IMG/VR virus record: IMGVR_UViG_3300000304_000116
Span: 1-6,400 of that record
Length of the DNA stretch: 6,400 bases
DNA from: a virus
Direction: 5' to 3' (one strand)
The position numbers and the translations under genes are program-made. Position 1 is the first letter of the stretch, and each line of letters starts with the position of its first letter. The notes below the pieces were generated by a model that was not told the DNA's origin, made no database searches, and saw nothing but the letters and a program-made list of their open reading frames with translations. Shown here in pieces: positions 4,741-6,400 of this stretch.

Positions 4741-5936
4741 ACGAAGGTTTAGGCTCTTTCCTTGGCGGCTTAGCTGGCGGTTTCGGCTCGTTTATCGGCA
4801 ACCTTGTTGGCGGACGAAGACAGGAAAAGATTGTTGATAAGCAGATAGCCGCGCAGAAAGAAGAAAACCGCATTGCCCGCGAATGGAACCTGAATTTGGC
4901 TAGGATGCAAAACCAATGGAACATTGATCAATGGAACAGAGAAAACCAGTATAATACACCGATTAATCAGCGTAGGTTATTGCGTGAAGCAGGTTTGAAT
5001 CCTGACTTGTATTATGCAGACGGTGCAGGTTCTTCGCTTTCCGCTGCCTCTCCTGAGATGACGGCTGGCGCAGGAACTTCGCCTACTGATGTCAGCGCGT
5101 ACAGCCAGATGCCCAATAATGCAAGACAGGCGGTTCTTGACGCTGCTGTTATCGCTAATTCTTTTGCTGATTTTTCATTGAAAAAGGCTAATGAAAAGAA
5201 AGTCAATAATGAGAGTGATATTCTTTCTATTGAAGCTTTTTACAAAGCTTCTAGAGAGAAGAGCGAAATAAGGCTTACGAACCTGCGCTGCAATCTTACT
5301 GAAGCCGACACAAAACTTTCAGAGAAAGCTGCAGAGGAGAAAGTCGCTGCAATTAATGAGATTAATGCCCGTATCGGACAGATCCGGCAGGATGTTGTAG
5401 AATCACAGTCACGCGTCAAGGTCAATAATGCGACAGTACATGACATCGAAAATCAAGTCATGTGGCGCAATAGGAAAGGCGACAAGGAGATACAGCGTAT
5501 AGATGCTGAGATAGATCGGTTGGCTGCTGCCGCCGGTCTTGACAAGGAAAAGGCTAAAACCATTGTTATGCTTGCAAATGCGCAGGTTAGACATTGGAAT
5601 GTTTCCGACCAGTTAGCATCTGCTGAAACTCGCTTGACTTACCGTGAAATGCGCCTTAAGGATGCCCTTGTAGACATGTCCAAAGCGAAAACCGAAGGAT
5701 TTGTGCTGGATAATGATTTGGTAGAACGTTTCGGCGGCTATGAGAAGTTCGCTCAGATTGCGACTATGTACGGCAACTGTTTGGCTAATATCGGCAATGC
5801 TGCTGGTAATATTGCAACTCGTGGTTTGTCGGATTTTGCCAAAAATGCATTTAAGAAGTCGCGATCTTCGAATAATGCTGTTCCCAATAATGCTGCCCCG
5901 CAGCAGAACCCTTGGAACGGTATGCCGTTCAATTAA
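4737..5936 (+). CDS. VP2: Minor capsid / DNA pilot protein (Microviridae VP2, functional analogue of phiX174 H), 399 aa
   Basis: Gly-rich N-terminus MNEGLGSFLGGLAGGFGSFIGNLVGG. The block NQYNTPINQRRLLREAGLNPDL (4944-5009) matches the YN(S/T)P..Q...(L/M)..AGLNP signature I recall for VP2 proteins. Long charged, heptad-like central region (about 5190-5560) typical of pilot proteins. The track start at 4659 is TTG; ATG 4737 overlaps the upstream stop. Confidence 0.9.
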   Translation: MNEGLGSFLGGLAGGFGSFIGNLVGGRRQEKIVDKQIAAQKEENRIAREWNLNLARMQNQWNIDQWNRENQYNTPINQRRLLREAGLNPDLYYADGAGSSLSAASPEMTAGAGTSPTDVSAYSQMPNNARQAVLDAAVIANSFADFSLKKANEKKVNNESDILSIEAFYKASREKSEIRLTNLRCNLTEADTKLSEKAAEEKVAAINEINARIGQIRQDVVESQSRVKVNNATVHDIENQVMWRNRKGDKEIQRIDAEIDRLAAAAGLDKEKAKTIVMLANAQVRHWNVSDQLASAETRLTYREMRLKDALVDMSKAKTEGFVLDNDLVERFGGYEKFAQIATMYGNCLANIGNAAGNIATRGLSDFAKNAFKKSRSSNNAVPNNAAPQQNPWNGMPFN

Positions 5937-5938
5937 GG

Positions 5939-5958
5939 GCAACACTATTCAGTGTTGC
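5939..5958 (+). repeat. Hairpin immediately after the VP2 stop (GCAACACT-ATTC-AGTGTTGC)
   Basis: 8-bp perfect stem with a 4-nt loop, starting 3 nt after TAA 5934-5936. Possible terminator or processing signal; no following T-run. Confidence 0.6.
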
Positions 5959-5963
5959 GGATG

Positions 5964-5985
5964 GACTGGAGGATATCCTCCAGTC
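5964..5985. repeat. Perfect 22-nt palindrome GACTGGAGGAT|ATCCTCCAGTC
   Basis: Read directly. It can be extended by CGGA (5958-5961) pairing with TCCG (5987-5990) across small bulges. It could form a hairpin in ssDNA or RNA, or serve as a dimeric protein-binding site in dsDNA. Confidence 0.7.
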
Positions 5986-5990
5986 TTCCG

Positions 5991-6022
5991 TAACTTGACA
6001 ATATTAGAGTAACTGACACACC
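5991..6022 (+). promoter_or_regulatory. Candidate plus-strand replication origin / Rep nick region (resembles the phiX174 origin core)
   Basis: TAACTTGACAATATTAGAGTAACTGACACACC compared with the phiX174 origin as I recall it, CAACTTG^ATATTAATAACACTATAGACCAC. Shared ordered blocks are AACTTGA, ATATTA, TAAC and GAC..CAC. It lies in the non-coding gap directly upstream of Rep, flanked by hairpins. Confidence 0.35.
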
Positions 6023-6024
6023 TC

Positions 6025-6049
6025 TGAAAATCAGATAATTTGATTTTCA
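6025..6049 (+). repeat. Hairpin TGAAAATCA-GATAATT-TGATTTTCA upstream of the Rep start
   Basis: 9-bp perfect AT-rich stem (6025-6033 pairs with 6041-6049) with a 7-nt loop; 63 nt upstream of ATG 6112. Confidence 0.6.
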
Positions 6050-6111
6050 TCAGTCTTGCTGAAGTTACGAGGTTATTTTAGATGGTTTAAAAAGATTTTT
6101 AATTCAACACT

Positions 6112-6400
6112 ATGCAGATATATTGTTCTTCACCTCTTGCTATCAGAAACCCGCGCATATTGTATTATGCTCAGCAGTATCAGTGCTATCATACTGAGGT
6201 TGGTTTTCAGAAAAACCCTTTTTACAAGTTATGCATTACAGATTCTTCAAAGAAAGATTTGTTTGTCAGATTTTCGCCTGTACGTCTTGAAGTTACTCAG
6301 GTAAATATAGATAAGTTCTATTTCTTTGATCCTACTACCGGCGAAACTGTCCCTATGTTTATTCTCGTGCCTTGCGGTAAATGTGAATTGTGTCTTGACA
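6112..6400 (+). CDS. VP4: Replication initiation protein, N-terminal part (runs off the window end; 6347-6400 duplicates 1-54)
   Basis: ATG 6112 is the first start after the in-frame TAA at 6100-6102. Hand translation: MQIYCSSPLAIRNPRILYYAQQYQCYHTEVGFQKNPFYKLCITDSSKKDLFVRFSPVRLEVTQVNIDKFYFFDPTTGETVPMFILVPCGKCELCLD. The C-x-S-P-x-x-I-x-N-P start followed by CGKCxxC is the N-terminal pattern I recall for microvirus Rep proteins. It joins in frame to the ORF listed as 9..1199. Confidence 0.85.
   Translation, partial: MQIYCSSPLAIRNPRILYYAQQYQCYHTEVGFQKNPFYKLCITDSSKKDLFVRFSPVRLEVTQVNIDKFYFFDPTTGETVPMFILVPCGKCELCLD
6347..6400 (+). repeat. Terminal overlap copy 2 (identical to 1-54)
   Basis: Same 54-mer as at 1-54. 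It lies inside the Rep coding sequence, so it is a linearisation or assembly overlap rather than a biological repeat. Confidence 0.95.

Noticed and set aside
4733-5945. Five minus-strand ORFs of 61-110 aa inside VP2 (4733..4924, 5012..5206, 5240..5446, 5409..5594, 5613..5945)
   Set aside because: All are antisense to a well-supported gene, short and mutually overlapping, with shadow-ORF composition. Microvirus genes are co-directional.
5995-6000. TTGACA as a sigma70 -35 box
   Set aside because: No TATAAT-like hexamer at 16-18 nt spacing (6017-6024 reads CACACCTC), and the inferred host group does not use sigma70-type consensus promoters. The hexamer is better explained as part of the origin-like AACTTGA motif.
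5740-6012. 90-aa +1-frame ORF overlapping the VP2 3' end, with a hydrophobic segment (TVWLISAMLLVILQLVVC)
   Set aside because: It runs through the three-hairpin non-coding region, and its hydrophobicity is what T-rich off-frames give by chance. It needs the same test as the 3557 ORF (open frame and synonymous constraint in relatives), but I cannot support it as a gene.
6074-6081. TATTTTAG as a Bacteroides -7 element upstream of Rep
   Set aside because: One mismatch to TAnnTTTG in the critical TTTG part, and no -33 TTTG at the right spacing. Too weak to annotate.
6056-6304. 82-aa + strand ORF
   Set aside because: It starts with TTG, is in a different frame from Rep and overlaps the Rep N-terminal coding region almost entirely. 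The translation is low-complexity and Leu/Ile-rich, with no independent support.
1-6400. CRISPR arrays, tRNA or rRNA genes, integrase or transposase genes
   Set aside because: No spaced repeat arrays or cloverleaf-compatible segments were seen. No ORF has recombinase or DDE-like motifs, and every large ORF is accounted for by Rep, VP1 and VP2.

Overview
The window is one complete unit (6,346 nt) of a circular ssDNA Microviridae genome plus a 54-nt terminal overlap (1-54 is identical to 6347-6400). All credible genes are on the + strand. The rolling-circle Rep (VP4-like) spans the circular junction (6112..6346 joined to 1..1199, 477 aa). Then come three tightly packed small ORFs (70, 63 and 66 aa; the last is a single-pass membrane protein) and a very large major capsid protein (VP1-like, 734 aa). 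A roughly 100-aa ORF follows, coupled through an ATGA overlap to the pilot/minor capsid protein (VP2-like, 399 aa). The large VP1, the genome size and the lack of Shine-Dalgarno motifs before any start suggest an Alpavirinae-like, Bacteroidota-associated microvirus; this is inference, not a database result. No integrase, tRNA, CRISPR array or recognisable lysis enzyme is visible. The most unusual content is non-coding. (1) A 340-400 nt gap after VP1 is filled by a ~216-nt imperfect hairpin whose mismatches are biased to G.T, so the structure favours the + strand. It contains an internal-loop module laid out like a dif/Xer site, recalling the folded ssDNA attP of CTXphi. (2) The 175-nt gap upstream of Rep carries three hairpins and a stretch resembling the phiX174 origin core (AACTTGA...ATATTA...TAAC). 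Other points worth a look are a ~210-aa insertion in VP1, a 373-codon antisense stop-free run inside VP1, and a candidate small membrane (lysis?) protein.
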